Below are positions 8,533 through 17,047 of a DNA stretch of 39,962 bases, piece after piece. Source of the DNA: Rhodocyclaceae bacterium (GTDB lineage: Bacteria > Pseudomonadota > Gammaproteobacteria > Burkholderiales > Rhodocyclaceae). Position 1 is the stretch's first letter, and the number at the start of each line of letters is the position of its first letter. The notes under the pieces were generated by a model, which searched no databases, was not told the DNA's origin, and saw nothing but the letters and a program-made list of their open reading frames with translations. Where the stretch lies: positions 1 to 39,962 of the forward strand of contig JAFSWK010000058.1 of assembly GCA_017444505.1 (NCBI GenBank). The letters are read 5' to 3'. A program made the translations under genes and the position numbers.

Positions 8533-10874
8533 AAATCTGCCTGCGGCGTGCTGGCGTAGATGGCGATGCGGTCGCGCCCTTCGGCTTTGGCGCGGTAGAG
8601 GGCGCGGTCAGCATCGGTAATCAGCTGGGTGACGGCGGCCATGTCGGCCAGCGGCGCTTGCGTGCGGGCGTGGCCGACGCTGATGGTGAGCTGACCGGTG
8701 CGGCTCTGGCTGTGGGGGATGCGCAATGTGCGAATGGCCGCGCAGAGCTGTTCGCCCAGCGTGGCGAGGTCGGCTTGCGGGTGGGCGCGCCAGAGCAGCA
8801 AAAATTCTTCGCCGCCATAGCGCACGGCCAGCGCTTCGGGCTGCATGGCGTGCTGGCGCAGGGTGTGCGCGACGGCGGTCAGTACGCTGTCGCCAGCGGC
8901 GTGGCCGTAGTAGTCGTTATAGTCCTTGAAGTGGTCAATGTCGGCCATGGCGACGGTAAAGGCTTGCCCGCCACGAGCCAGCGCGGGCTGCAAGGCGGCG
9001 AGATGACGCTCCAGCCCGGTGCGGTTGGCCAGCCCGGTGAGCGAATCGTGCAGCGCCAGCGTTTGCAGGCGCTCTTTTTTGATGAAACTGTCGAGGGCGC
9101 GCAAATCCTGCACGCGCCCCACCAGCGTGCCGACAATGTTGACCAGAATGAAGGCGCTGGCCGTGCCGGTGAGCGAGTCGAAATAGGAAGAAGGGGCGTA
9201 GTGCAGGTAGAGAAAGACGTTGAGCGCCGAGAGCGACCAGGCCGCCAGCGCCGCAGCAATCCAGGATTGCCCGCCGACGATGTAAATCTGGTAGAGACTG
9301 ATGAGGATGATTTCATACGGCACGTAGCCGCCGCGCGATAGCGCGTAATAAAAGGCATAGCTGTAACACAGGCCGGGAACGAAGATGACGAAGGGCAGCA
9401 AATAGCGCGATTTGCGCAACGCCCAGTCTTGCCGGGAAAGATAGAGCGAAACCAGCAGCGAGGGGACGATGACGCTGAGAATCAGGGTAATAAACGGACG
9501 CGAGACTTCTTGCGCGAGGTTCAGGTGGCTGACTAGGGCGTTGCACAGATTGAGCAACAGACACAACAGCCCGGCGTGAAAAAGCTGGTGGCGCTCGTAG
9601 AGGCCGCGCTCGCGCGCGAAGCGGCGGCGCTCTTCATGGGGCAGTTGTTCGGCTCTGTCGACGAAGCTGGCGCGGGCAGATGGCTGCGCCGGACGACGGG
9701 CGGCAGGCCAGGTGACGGCGGCCAGTACGTCTTCCGGGCGGGTTTGCGCCGTGGGGGCAAGCCCGACGGCTCCGACGCTGATGCTGATTTTCCCTAGCGG
9801 GCTGAGTGCGTGCGGCAGCCCCAGACGCGATACGGCCTGACGCAGCCCTTCGCCCAGCGGCAGCGCCTGCGCGGTGTCGTGACGCCAGACGGCGACAAAT
9901 TCTTCACCGCCATAGCGGGCGACAAAATCGGGGCGCGGCCAGGCTTGCTGGCTGATGGCTTGGGCAATGGCGATGAGCACCGTGTCACCGGCGCTGTGGC
10001 CGTAGTGGTCGTTGTAGGCCTTGAAATAATCGACATCAAACATGGCCACGGCGATGTGCCCGTTGTCTTGCGCGCAGCGTTGCAGCAACTGGGGCAAGAG
10101 CTGGTCCAGCTCGCGGCGATTGGGAAGCCCGGTGAGCGCATCGCGCCGGCTTTGTTCCAGATAGCGGTTGTTGGTCAGAAAGTGCTGGCGCGAGTGGCGC
10201 TCAATGACAAAGCCGCCAAAAATGCCGGTGACCGCCGCCATGGCGAGAAAGCCAATATGCAGGTTGCGCAGGCCGAGGTCGGGCTGGTAGTGCCATTCGG
10301 GCGCGCCAATCATGGCGGCGGCCAGCAGCGTGCAGGGCGCGCCCAGCCGCCACGGCAAACAGCCGGCCAGACAGGCAAACAGCGGAATGACCAGCATGGG
10401 CTGATAGTGGCGAACGACGCCGTTTTCCCACGAAATGCACAGACTGAGGGAAAAACAGCCAATGCACAGCAGCACGCTGATGAAGACCAGCCACGTCTGG
10501 CCGGGGGTGATTTTGTGTTGCCAGCAGGCGTACAGACACAAGCCCCAGCAGGAGAGAAAAAGCGGCAGGCGCAGCGCCAGCGTGCCCAGCGCGGTGTCCG
10601 GCGGCAGGGTGTAAAAATCGGCTATGTACATCACCACAGCGGCAATCAGCGCGACGAGGGCGATGCTGCGCGAAAGCGGACGGTCGCGCTCGCGCATCTG
10701 GGCGATGAAGCTCGCTTCCAGCCCGGCATCCTTGAAGCGCAGCGACCAGAAGGCGTCGGCCTGCGGCGCAGCGCTGGCCGCAGGGAAAAGGGGCGACGAG
10801 GAATCGGCGGGGGCTTCAGGCATGGCGCGGGCAGACAGGCACGCGGGCGGCGTGCGGGGCACGAAAGGTGCCAT
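8529..10874 (-). CDS. Twin-module membrane diguanylate cyclase paralog B: 6 TM + GGDEF (C-terminally degenerate) + 6 TM + GGDEF (781 aa)
   Basis: ARYGGEEF is encoded at 9897-9911 and VRYGGEEF at 8802-8816. The N-terminal FWSLRFKDAGLEASF box is present. The start at cat 10872-10874 is preceded on the coding strand by GGAGCGAGGAAA. An alternative in-frame ATG lies at 10823. Confidence 0.85.
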   Translation of the reverse strand: MAPFVPRTPPACLSARAMPEAPADSSSPLFPAASAAPQADAFWSLRFKDAGLEASFIAQMRERDRPLSRSIALVALIAAVVMYIADFYTLPPDTALGTLALRLPLFLSCWGLCLYACWQHKITPGQTWLVFISVLLCIGCFSLSLCISWENGVVRHYQPMLVIPLFACLAGCLPWRLGAPCTLLAAAMIGAPEWHYQPDLGLRNLHIGFLAMAAVTGIFGGFVIERHSRQHFLTNNRYLEQSRRDALTGLPNRRELDQLLPQLLQRCAQDNGHIAVAMFDVDYFKAYNDHYGHSAGDTVLIAIAQAISQQAWPRPDFVARYGGEEFVAVWRHDTAQALPLGEGLRQAVSRLGLPHALSPLGKISISVGAVGLAPTAQTRPEDVLAAVTWPAARRPAQPSARASFVDRAEQLPHEERRRFARERGLYERHQLFHAGLLCLLLNLCNALVSHLNLAQEVSRPFITLILSVIVPSLLVSLYLSRQDWALRKSRYLLPFVIFVPGLCYSYAFYYALSRGGYVPYEIILISLYQIYIVGGQSWIAAALAAWSLSALNVFLYLHYAPSSYFDSLTGTASAFILVNIVGTLVGRVQDLRALDSFIKKERLQTLALHDSLTGLANRTGLERHLAALQPALARGGQAFTVAMADIDHFKDYNDYYGHAAGDSVLTAVAHTLRQHAMQPEALAVRYGGEEFLLLWRAHPQADLATLGEQLCAAIRTLRIPHSQSRTGQLTISVGHARTQAPLADMAAVTQLITDADRALYRAKAEGRDRIAIYASTPQADF

Positions 10875-10901
10875 TTTCCTCGCTCCGGGCAGGAAAAGAA
10901 A

Positions 10902-13370
10902 CTATTGCGTGTCGGCCTGGGGGGAATCGTCTTCGAGGCCTTGCCCGGCGTGCCAGAGGGCGTCGGCGGGCGGTTCCTGCGCGCCTTGCGGCAGCAGGTG
11001 TTCGCTTTGCAGTACCAGCCGGTTTCTGCCCGTGGCCTTGGCGCGATAGAGGGCGGTGTCGGCGCGGCGAATCATGCGGTCGAGGTTTTTCATGCTGTTG
11101 TCGGCAGAAATGGTGCCATGCGCGATGCCGATGCTGACCGTCACGCGCCCGTGGCGGCTTTTTTCGTGCGGGATGTTCAGGTCGCGCACGCCCTGACAGA
11201 CGCGCTCGCCCAGCGTGCGCGCGTCTTTTTCGCGGATGTGATACCAGATGAGAAGGAATTCCTCGCCGCCATAGCGGGCGGCAAAGTCATACGGGCGCTG
11301 GCGCTGTTCGGCAAGTTCCTGGCCGATGGCGGTGAGCACTGCGTCGCCGGCGGAGTGTAAGTAGTGGTCGTTGTAGTCCTTGAAATGGTCGATGTCGACC
11401 ATGGCCACGGCGACGATGCGCTCGGATTGATCGAGCAGCGGCAACAGGGTGCGGAAATAGTTTTCCAGCCCCTGACGGTTGGCCAGCCCGGTGAGGGTAT
11501 CCTGCGAGGCGATGTTTTCGAGTTTTTCGCTTTTCAGGAAGGTGTCCATCCCGCGCCGGTCCTGGCTCATGGCGACGAAGGCACCGAGGATGTTGAGGGT
11601 GACGAACGGGCCGGCCAGCCCGACGAGATCAATGCTGGTATATGCCGCCCAGATGATGATGCACATGAAGGTGAGCAGCCAGGCGGTGAGGGCGGCGCTG
11701 CGCCAGGATTGCCCGCCGATGACGTAGACCTGAAAGATGGTGAGCAGCATGATTTCGTAAGGCACCTTCTCAAAGGGAATGTCGATGCCGTGCGAAAAAG
11801 CGCTGTAAAAGCTGTAGCAGAAGGCGCTGCCGCAAATGATTACGACAGCAGGCACGATGAGACGGGCGTGTTTTTGCGCCCAGGGCTGGGGACACAGATA
11901 ACAGCCGATGAGCAAGGTGGGCACCACGATGATGGCCTGCATCATGATGGTGACGTGCGAGACAGAAGGAGTGAGGTTGAAAAAATTGACCAGCGCCAGC
12001 AAAAAGTGGACAAACACGTTGGCGATGGAAATCTGGCGCAGGGCGCGCCATTCGTAGAGGCCACGGATGCGGTTCCAGCGCTTGTGGTCATCGGCTGTGG
12101 CAGGAATCAGGCTGAGGAAGCCGATTTCCTTGTCGGCGGCGCGCGCCGCTTCGTCGGGCGGCATACCGTGCGCGGATTGCGTGGCGAGCAAGGCGGCCAT
12201 CGAGTCAATCTTCACGCAGTTGCGCCCGGAATTTTTGGCGCGGTAGAGGGCACGATCCGCCCCGGCCAGCAAGGCGGGCGCTTTGGTGCGGGCGGTGGGA
12301 TACTGGCTGGTGACGCCGACGCTGATGCTCACCATGCCGTGGCCGCTGCGCTCGTGCACAATGTTCGTTTCCTGCACCGCGCGGCGCAGCCCTTCGCCCA
12401 GCGTGGTGCCGTCGTGCGTGGGATTGAACCAGATGGCGGCAAATTCTTCGCCACCATAGCGGGCGACAAAATCGGGCGGATACTGGGCGTGACTGGAAAT
12501 GGCTTCGCCCACGGCGCTGAGCACACGGTCGCCAGCGGCGTGGCCGTAGTGGTCGTTGTAGTCCTTGAAGTGGTCGACATCAATCATCGCCACGGCAATG
12601 GCGACTCTTTCGCGCGCGGCCTGGCGCAGAATGCGCGGCAGGAAAAAATCCAGCTCGCGGCGATTCGGCAGCCCGGTGAGCGGGTCGCGCCGGCTTTGTT
12701 CCAGAAAATTGATGCCGACCAGAAAGTGCTGGCGCAACTGGCGCTCCCGGATATACCCCGCACAGAAGCTGAAAAACGCCGCGCACAGGATGTAGGCCAG
12801 ATGCAGGTTGCGCACGTTGGCGTCGGGCTGGTAGCACACTTCCAGCAAGGCCAGCGCCAGCGCCGAACCAAAGGTGACGACGGTGCAATAGCGCCAGGCC
12901 AAACAGCCAATGAAACACGACAACATCGGCACCAGCAACAAGATCTGGTAGGGGATGTAAATCTGATACAGCCAGCCGATCCACAACGGGGAAATCAGCG
13001 CCAGAGAGGCACCGAGGGCAAAACACATGAGGGCGGGCTGCGACCAGCGCGTGACTTCTTTCTGGTAGATGGCGCTCGTCCAGCCGAAGGCGCAGATGGA
13101 AAACAGCGGGATGCGCAGCAGCAGGGAAGTCCACGCCGCTTCGCTGGGCATGAGGCGAAAATCGGTGACGCTGAACAGCAAGACGGCCAGCAACGTGGTG
13201 ATGAGGATGTTGCGCGACCCCGTGCGGTCTTGCAGCATGATTTGGGTGATGAAGCGGCTCTCCAGCGCGGCGTCCTGAAAGCGCAGGCTGCGATGCTGGG
13301 GCGTGCGGGGGGCTGCCGTCCTGGGGAAGTTGGACGAAGGAGGGGATTGCGCTGCTTGTTGTTGGCTCAT
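10902..13370 (-). CDS. Twin-module membrane diguanylate cyclase paralog C: 6 TM + GGDEF + 6 TM + GGDEF (822 aa)
   Basis: ARYGGEEF is encoded at 12441-12455 and ARYGGEEF at 11266-11280. The N-terminal RSLRFQDAALESRF box is present, and the module order matches A and B. Confidence 0.85.
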   Translation of the reverse strand: MSQQQAAQSPPSSNFPRTAAPRTPQHRSLRFQDAALESRFITQIMLQDRTGSRNILITTLLAVLLFSVTDFRLMPSEAAWTSLLLRIPLFSICAFGWTSAIYQKEVTRWSQPALMCFALGASLALISPLWIGWLYQIYIPYQILLLVPMLSCFIGCLAWRYCTVVTFGSALALALLEVCYQPDANVRNLHLAYILCAAFFSFCAGYIRERQLRQHFLVGINFLEQSRRDPLTGLPNRRELDFFLPRILRQAARERVAIAVAMIDVDHFKDYNDHYGHAAGDRVLSAVGEAISSHAQYPPDFVARYGGEEFAAIWFNPTHDGTTLGEGLRRAVQETNIVHERSGHGMVSISVGVTSQYPTARTKAPALLAGADRALYRAKNSGRNCVKIDSMAALLATQSAHGMPPDEAARAADKEIGFLSLIPATADDHKRWNRIRGLYEWRALRQISIANVFVHFLLALVNFFNLTPSVSHVTIMMQAIIVVPTLLIGCYLCPQPWAQKHARLIVPAVVIICGSAFCYSFYSAFSHGIDIPFEKVPYEIMLLTIFQVYVIGGQSWRSAALTAWLLTFMCIIIWAAYTSIDLVGLAGPFVTLNILGAFVAMSQDRRGMDTFLKSEKLENIASQDTLTGLANRQGLENYFRTLLPLLDQSERIVAVAMVDIDHFKDYNDHYLHSAGDAVLTAIGQELAEQRQRPYDFAARYGGEEFLLIWYHIREKDARTLGERVCQGVRDLNIPHEKSRHGRVTVSIGIAHGTISADNSMKNLDRMIRRADTALYRAKATGRNRLVLQSEHLLPQGAQEPPADALWHAGQGLEDDSPQADTQ

Positions 13371-13432
13371 CGCACGTCAGTTTTTGGGAGGGGCAGGGCA
13401 GACGGCGTGGTGCGCTGCGCTGTCGGGTTTTT

Positions 13433-13459
13433 ATTGTATCCGGAAATTATTGGCCGCAA
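13433..13459 (-). promoter_or_regulatory. Candidate promoter upstream of paralog C (-35 TTGCGG, 15-nt spacer, -10 TACAAT on the minus strand)
   Basis: The reverse complement of 13454-13459 is TTGCGG and that of 13433-13438 is TACAAT. It lies just past the DUF502 stop codon. This is a motif match only. Confidence 0.25.
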
Positions 13460-14097
13460 GCAGGCTCTTCGACGGGCGGGGCGGGCGGCGCAGGCGGCGG
13501 CGCGTGGGGTTCGTGCAGGCCGGTAACGCCAGCGGTGAGCATGAAACGCATGGCTTCTTCCATGCCCATTTCCAGCGGTTCGACGCGCGAACGCGGCACC
13601 GAAAGCGCATAGCCGCCGACCATGTAACTCATCGGGAAATACACCAGCACATTGCCTTCGCCACCAAAGGGCGCGGCGATGGCGCGCAGGTCGTCGCGCG
13701 TGACCAGCCCGATGGCCTGCACGTCTTCGCCAAAACGCACGCAGACGACTTGCTGATAGGTTTTCTTTTTCATCGGCGAGAAGTAGTCCATGAAGTCGCG
13801 CAGCGCCGGGTAAATGAGCTTGACCAGCGGAATGCGGTAGAGCAGCCGCTCAATGCGCGAAAAGAGCATCTGCACCACGTAGGTGTGCATCAACATGCCG
13901 ACGATGAACAGCGCCCCCAGCGCCAGCACCACGCCCACGCCGGTGGGCAGGTGCATCCCTTCGGGCAGCACCGAGGCGAGCATCTCGCCCAGCCAGCGCT
14001 CGGCGCCAGCAATCGCCCAGTAGAGCAGGTAAAAGGTAAGCAGCACCGGAATGACGGTAATCAGGCCGGTGAGAATGTTGCGCGTGATGATGCCCAT
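13447..14097 (-). CDS. DUF502-family integral membrane protein
   Basis: The protein starts MGIITRNILTGLITVIPVLLTFYLLYW, has a second TM segment, and then RIPLVKLIYPALRD...VCVRF...GLVT, as in DUF502 proteins. The start was verified as cat at 14095-14097. Confidence 0.7.
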   Translation of the reverse strand: MGIITRNILTGLITVIPVLLTFYLLYWAIAGAERWLGEMLASVLPEGMHLPTGVGVVLALGALFIVGMLMHTYVVQMLFSRIERLLYRIPLVKLIYPALRDFMDYFSPMKKKTYQQVVCVRFGEDVQAIGLVTRDDLRAIAAPFGGEGNVLVYFPMSYMVGGYALSVPRSRVEPLEMGMEEAMRFMLTAGVTGLHEPHAPPPAPPAPPVEEPACGQ

Positions 14098-14261
14098 AAC
14101 AAACTGTGCAAAAAGCGGAAGTAAATCCGCATGGTAATCGCATCGGCCATTTCGTGCATGATTTTTCTGCGTGACGCGAACAGACACAATCCGCGCCGTG
14201 CATTGGTTAGAATAAGGCGCCGCGCCCGGCGGCTGTCTTCGCCTTTCAGGAGTGTTCCCGC

Positions 14262-15200
14262 ATGACTTTGACCGACCTTCGCTATCTGGTCGCGCTGGCC
14301 CGTGAATGCCATTTCGGGCGTGCCGCCGAAGCCTGCCACGTCAGCCAGCCGACGCTGTCCGTGGCCATCAAGAAGCTGGAAGACGAACTGGGCGTGCCAC
14401 TGTTTGAACGCGGCGCGAGCGAAGTGCGCATCACCACGGCAGGTGCCATGGTGGTCGAACAGGCCGCGCGCGTGCTGGCCGATGCGGCGCGCATCCCCGA
14501 ACTGGCGCAAAGCGGGCGCGACCCGCTGCTGGGGCCGCTGCGCGTGGGTGTCATCTACACCATCGGCCCCTATCTGCTGCCCAAGCTGATTCCGCTGGTG
14601 CATGAGCGCGCGCCCAACATGCCGCTGATTATCCAGGAAAACTACACGACCAATCTGGTCGCCGCGCTCAAACAGGGCGAGCTGGATGTGCTGATTTTGT
14701 CTTTGCCGCTGGATGAATCCGGCGTCGTCACCCAGCCGGTCTATGATGAACCGTTCCGCGTGCTCTTGCCCGCCCAGCATGAGTGGACGCGGCAGAAAGC
14801 CATCGACCCGCTGGCGCTGGTGAAGGAACACATGCTGCTGCTGGGCGTGGGCAACTGCTTCCGCGACCAAGTGCTGCAAGCCTGCCCGCCGTTGCAGAAC
14901 AACAGCGCCCTGCAACGCACCTTTGAGGGCAGTTCGCTGGAAACCATCCGCCACATGGTGGCCACCGGGCTGGGCATTACCGTGCTGCCGAGCACGGCTG
15001 CCGACAACCTGCCCGAGCATAACCCGCTGGTGGCGGTGCGTCCGTTTACCGGCCAGTCGCCTTCGCGGCGCATCGTGCTGGCCTGGCGGGTCACCTATCC
15101 GCGCGGCGGTGCCATCGACGTTTTGCGCCAGGCCATTTTCGATACCGACTTGCCCGGTGTGCAATTCGTGGGCGCGAAACCGCCGCAATCGCAGGCATAG
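14262..15200 (+). CDS. oxyR: LysR-family hydrogen peroxide sensor and regulator OxyR
   Basis: It has an N-terminal LysR helix-turn-helix ([28 protein letters not shown]). The redox cysteine pair has E. coli-like spacing ([12 protein letters not shown], Cys-x8-Cys as in C199/C208). dps lies immediately downstream. The ATG follows CAGGAG. Confidence 0.85.
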   Translation: MTLTDLRYLVALARECHFGRAAEACHVSQPTLSVAIKKLEDELGVPLFERGASEVRITTAGAMVVEQAARVLADAARIPELAQSGRDPLLGPLRVGVIYTIGPYLLPKLIPLVHERAPNMPLIIQENYTTNLVAALKQGELDVLILSLPLDESGVVTQPVYDEPFRVLLPAQHEWTRQKAIDPLALVKEHMLLLGVGNCFRDQVLQACPPLQNNSALQRTFEGSSLETIRHMVATGLGITVLPSTAADNLPEHNPLVAVRPFTGQSPSRRIVLAWRVTYPRGGAIDVLRQAIFDTDLPGVQFVGAKPPQSQA

Positions 15201-15211
15201 CTTTTCCCAAC

Positions 15212-15240
15212 TGGACGCGCGAAAAAGCCAGTCCTATCAT
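15212..15240 (+). promoter_or_regulatory. Candidate dps promoter (-35 TGGACG, 17-nt spacer, -10 TATCAT)
   Basis: This is a motif match in the 122-nt oxyR-dps spacer. An OxyR operator would be expected nearby, but I could not identify one confidently. Confidence 0.25.
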
Positions 15241-15322
15241 AATTTCCACTTTCCGCCCGCTGCGGCGGAAACGCTACAAGACCTGTCCCTGCACGGGGCA
15301 AACATACACGGAGGAAAACATC

Positions 15323-15793
15323 ATGAAAATCGACATCGGCATCAGCCAGAAAGACCGCAAAGCCATCGCCGCCGGGCTGTCCCGCCTGCTGGCGGATAGC
15401 TATACGCTGTATCTGACCACGCACAATTTTCACTGGAACGTCACCGGCCCGATGTTCAACACGCTGCATTTGATGTTTGAGACGCAGTACAACGAACTGG
15501 CGCTGGCCGTCGACCTGATTGCCGAGCGCATCCGCGCGCTGGGCGCGCCCGCACCGGGCACGTACAGCGAATTTACCAAGCTGGCGTCCTTGAAAGAGCC
15601 GCCCGCCGGCTTGAGCGCCGAAGAGATGATTCGCCACCTCGTCATCGGGCAGGAGACCGTGGTGAAAACCGCGCGCAGCATTTTCCCGCTGGCCGACCAG
15701 GCCAACGATGAGCCGACCGCCGATTTGCTCACCCAGCGGATGCAGCAACACGAAAAAACCGCCTGGATGCTGCGCAGCCTGCTGGAAAACTGA
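15323..15793 (+). CDS. dps: Dps (DNA-binding ferritin-like protein)
   Basis: The translation [37 protein letters not shown] is the typical Dps ferroxidase region. The ATG follows GGAGGA. Confidence 0.9.
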   Translation: MKIDIGISQKDRKAIAAGLSRLLADSYTLYLTTHNFHWNVTGPMFNTLHLMFETQYNELALAVDLIAERIRALGAPAPGTYSEFTKLASLKEPPAGLSAEEMIRHLVIGQETVVKTARSIFPLADQANDEPTADLLTQRMQQHEKTAWMLRSLLEN

Positions 15794-15834
15794 TGCCCTG
15801 AACGCTGCGCCCGCGCGCAAACACGGGCGCGCGC

Positions 15835-15878
15835 AAGAAAAACGGTGGTTCGCCTGCGATGGCGACCACCGATTTTTT
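15835..15878. terminator. Bidirectional rho-independent terminator between convergent dps and rppH
   Basis: An 11-bp stem with one bulged T pairs CGGTGGTTCGCC (15843-15854) with GGCGACCACCG (15861-15871) across a 6-nt loop. It is flanked by an A5 run (15838-15842) and a T6 run (15873-15878). Confidence 0.7.
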
Positions 15879-15900
15879 GTATGTACACAGCGCGCTGCGC

Positions 15901-16584
15901 TCAGGACGGGGTGACAAGCGTTGCGCACGCGGCCTCGGCGCGCTGCTGGCCGTCGTCACGAACTTCGCCTTGCGCAGGCGCGGCGTGTGTTGCTGGCGTT
16001 GCCATGGCGGCGGACGGGCGCGCAGCCATCGCTTCTTGCCGTTGCTGCAAGGCGGCCAGTCCGTCCGGCGTGTTCAACAGTCCGTAGGATTCGGGCAGAC
16101 GCGGTGCCTTGCGGCGGAAAAGCCGCTGCGACAGCTCGTGCAAGGCGAGCTGATAGACATCACGCTTGAATTCAATCACGGCATCCAGCGGTACCCAGTA
16201 CTGGCACCAACGCCAGGCATCAAATTCCGGATGGCTGCTGGCGCGCAGGGAAATGTCCGTGTCGCGCCCTACCAGGCGCAGCAGAAACCAGATTTGTTTC
16301 TGCCCGCGGTAGGTGCTGCGCCACTCACGTTTAATCCAGTGGCGAGGGACGTTGTAACGCAACCAGCTTCGCGTGCGACCGAGAATTTTGACGTGCTCAG
16401 GTTGCAGCCCGATTTCTTCGTTCAGCTCACGATACATGGCATCGCGCGGGGATTCCCCGTATTTGATGCCACCTTGCGGGAACTGCCACGAATGCTCACG
16501 GATACGCTTGCCCCAAAAAACCTCATTGCGCGCGTTGACCAGAATGATGCCGACGTTAGGCCGATAGCCTTCACGGTCGAGCAT
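15901..16584 (-). CDS. rppH: RNA pyrophosphohydrolase RppH (Nudix)
   Basis: It starts [17 protein letters not shown] and has the Nudix box [23 protein letters not shown]. The start was verified as cat at 16582-16584. The C-terminal ~60 aa are Ala/Pro/Gln-rich. Confidence 0.85.
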   Translation of the reverse strand: MLDREGYRPNVGIILVNARNEVFWGKRIREHSWQFPQGGIKYGESPRDAMYRELNEEIGLQPEHVKILGRTRSWLRYNVPRHWIKREWRSTYRGQKQIWFLLRLVGRDTDISLRASSHPEFDAWRWCQYWVPLDAVIEFKRDVYQLALHELSQRLFRRKAPRLPESYGLLNTPDGLAALQQRQEAMAARPSAAMATPATHAAPAQGEVRDDGQQRAEAACATLVTPS

Positions 16585-16668
16585 GTTCAATCCTGAAAAT
16601 AAACAATGGCGCGATTTTTTCACAATTGCCGTACTTTGCCTAGCCTGCGTCCGGCTGGACGCGGGCAG

Positions 16669-16708
16669 AAAAAAACGCGAAACACGCCGGTGGGCGGTTT
16701 CGCGTTTT
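16669..16708 (-). terminator. Rho-independent terminator after ihfB
   Basis: A 12-bp stem with one bulge (16676-16704) has an A7 run at 16669-16675, which reads as a U7 tail on the minus strand. A second hairpin lies adjacent at about 16643-16665. Confidence 0.7.
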
Positions 16709-16732
16709 GTGGTTGGGCAGTGCGGTGCGGCG

Positions 16733-17023
16733 CTATTTTCTGGCCGATTGATCCACGCGCTCGCGCAGTTCCTTGCCCGCCTTGAAGTGCGGCACGTACT
16801 TGGCAGGGACTTCCACGCGCTCACCCGTCTTGGGATTGCGCCCGGTGCGCGCGGGGCGGTGATTCAGGCCAAAACTGCCAAAGCCGCGGATTTCAATCCG
16901 CTGGCCTTCGACGATGGATTGCGCCATCGTCTCCAGCATGGTCTTCACCGCCAGTTCGGCATCGCGCAGACCAAGCTGCGGGAAGCGTGCTGCCAGGCGT
17001 GTGATGAGTTCCGATCGGGTCAT
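16733..17023 (-). CDS. ihfB: Integration host factor subunit beta
   Basis: The 96 aa protein reads MTRSELI...[45 protein letters not shown]. It sits immediately downstream of rpsA, as in many proteobacteria. Confidence 0.9.
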   Translation of the reverse strand: MTRSELITRLAARFPQLGLRDAELAVKTMLETMAQSIVEGQRIEIRGFGSFGLNHRPARTGRNPKTGERVEVPAKYVPHFKAGKELRERVDQSARK

Positions 17024-17047
17024 ACAGTATCGAACCTCTTGTGCGGC

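Noticed and set aside
5253-14097. The cyclase array as a horizontally acquired island or a phage-defence locus
   Set aside because: I saw no integrase, transposase, flanking tRNA or terminal repeats, and no change in base composition or codon style visible by eye. No nuclease, ATPase or effector genes typical of CBASS-like defence systems are present. It is better described as chromosomal paralog expansion.
15901-16100. The Ala/Pro/Gln-rich C-terminal ~60 aa tail of RppH as a separate feature
   Set aside because: It is a low-complexity extension in the same frame as a clear Nudix core. I have no basis for assigning it a function.
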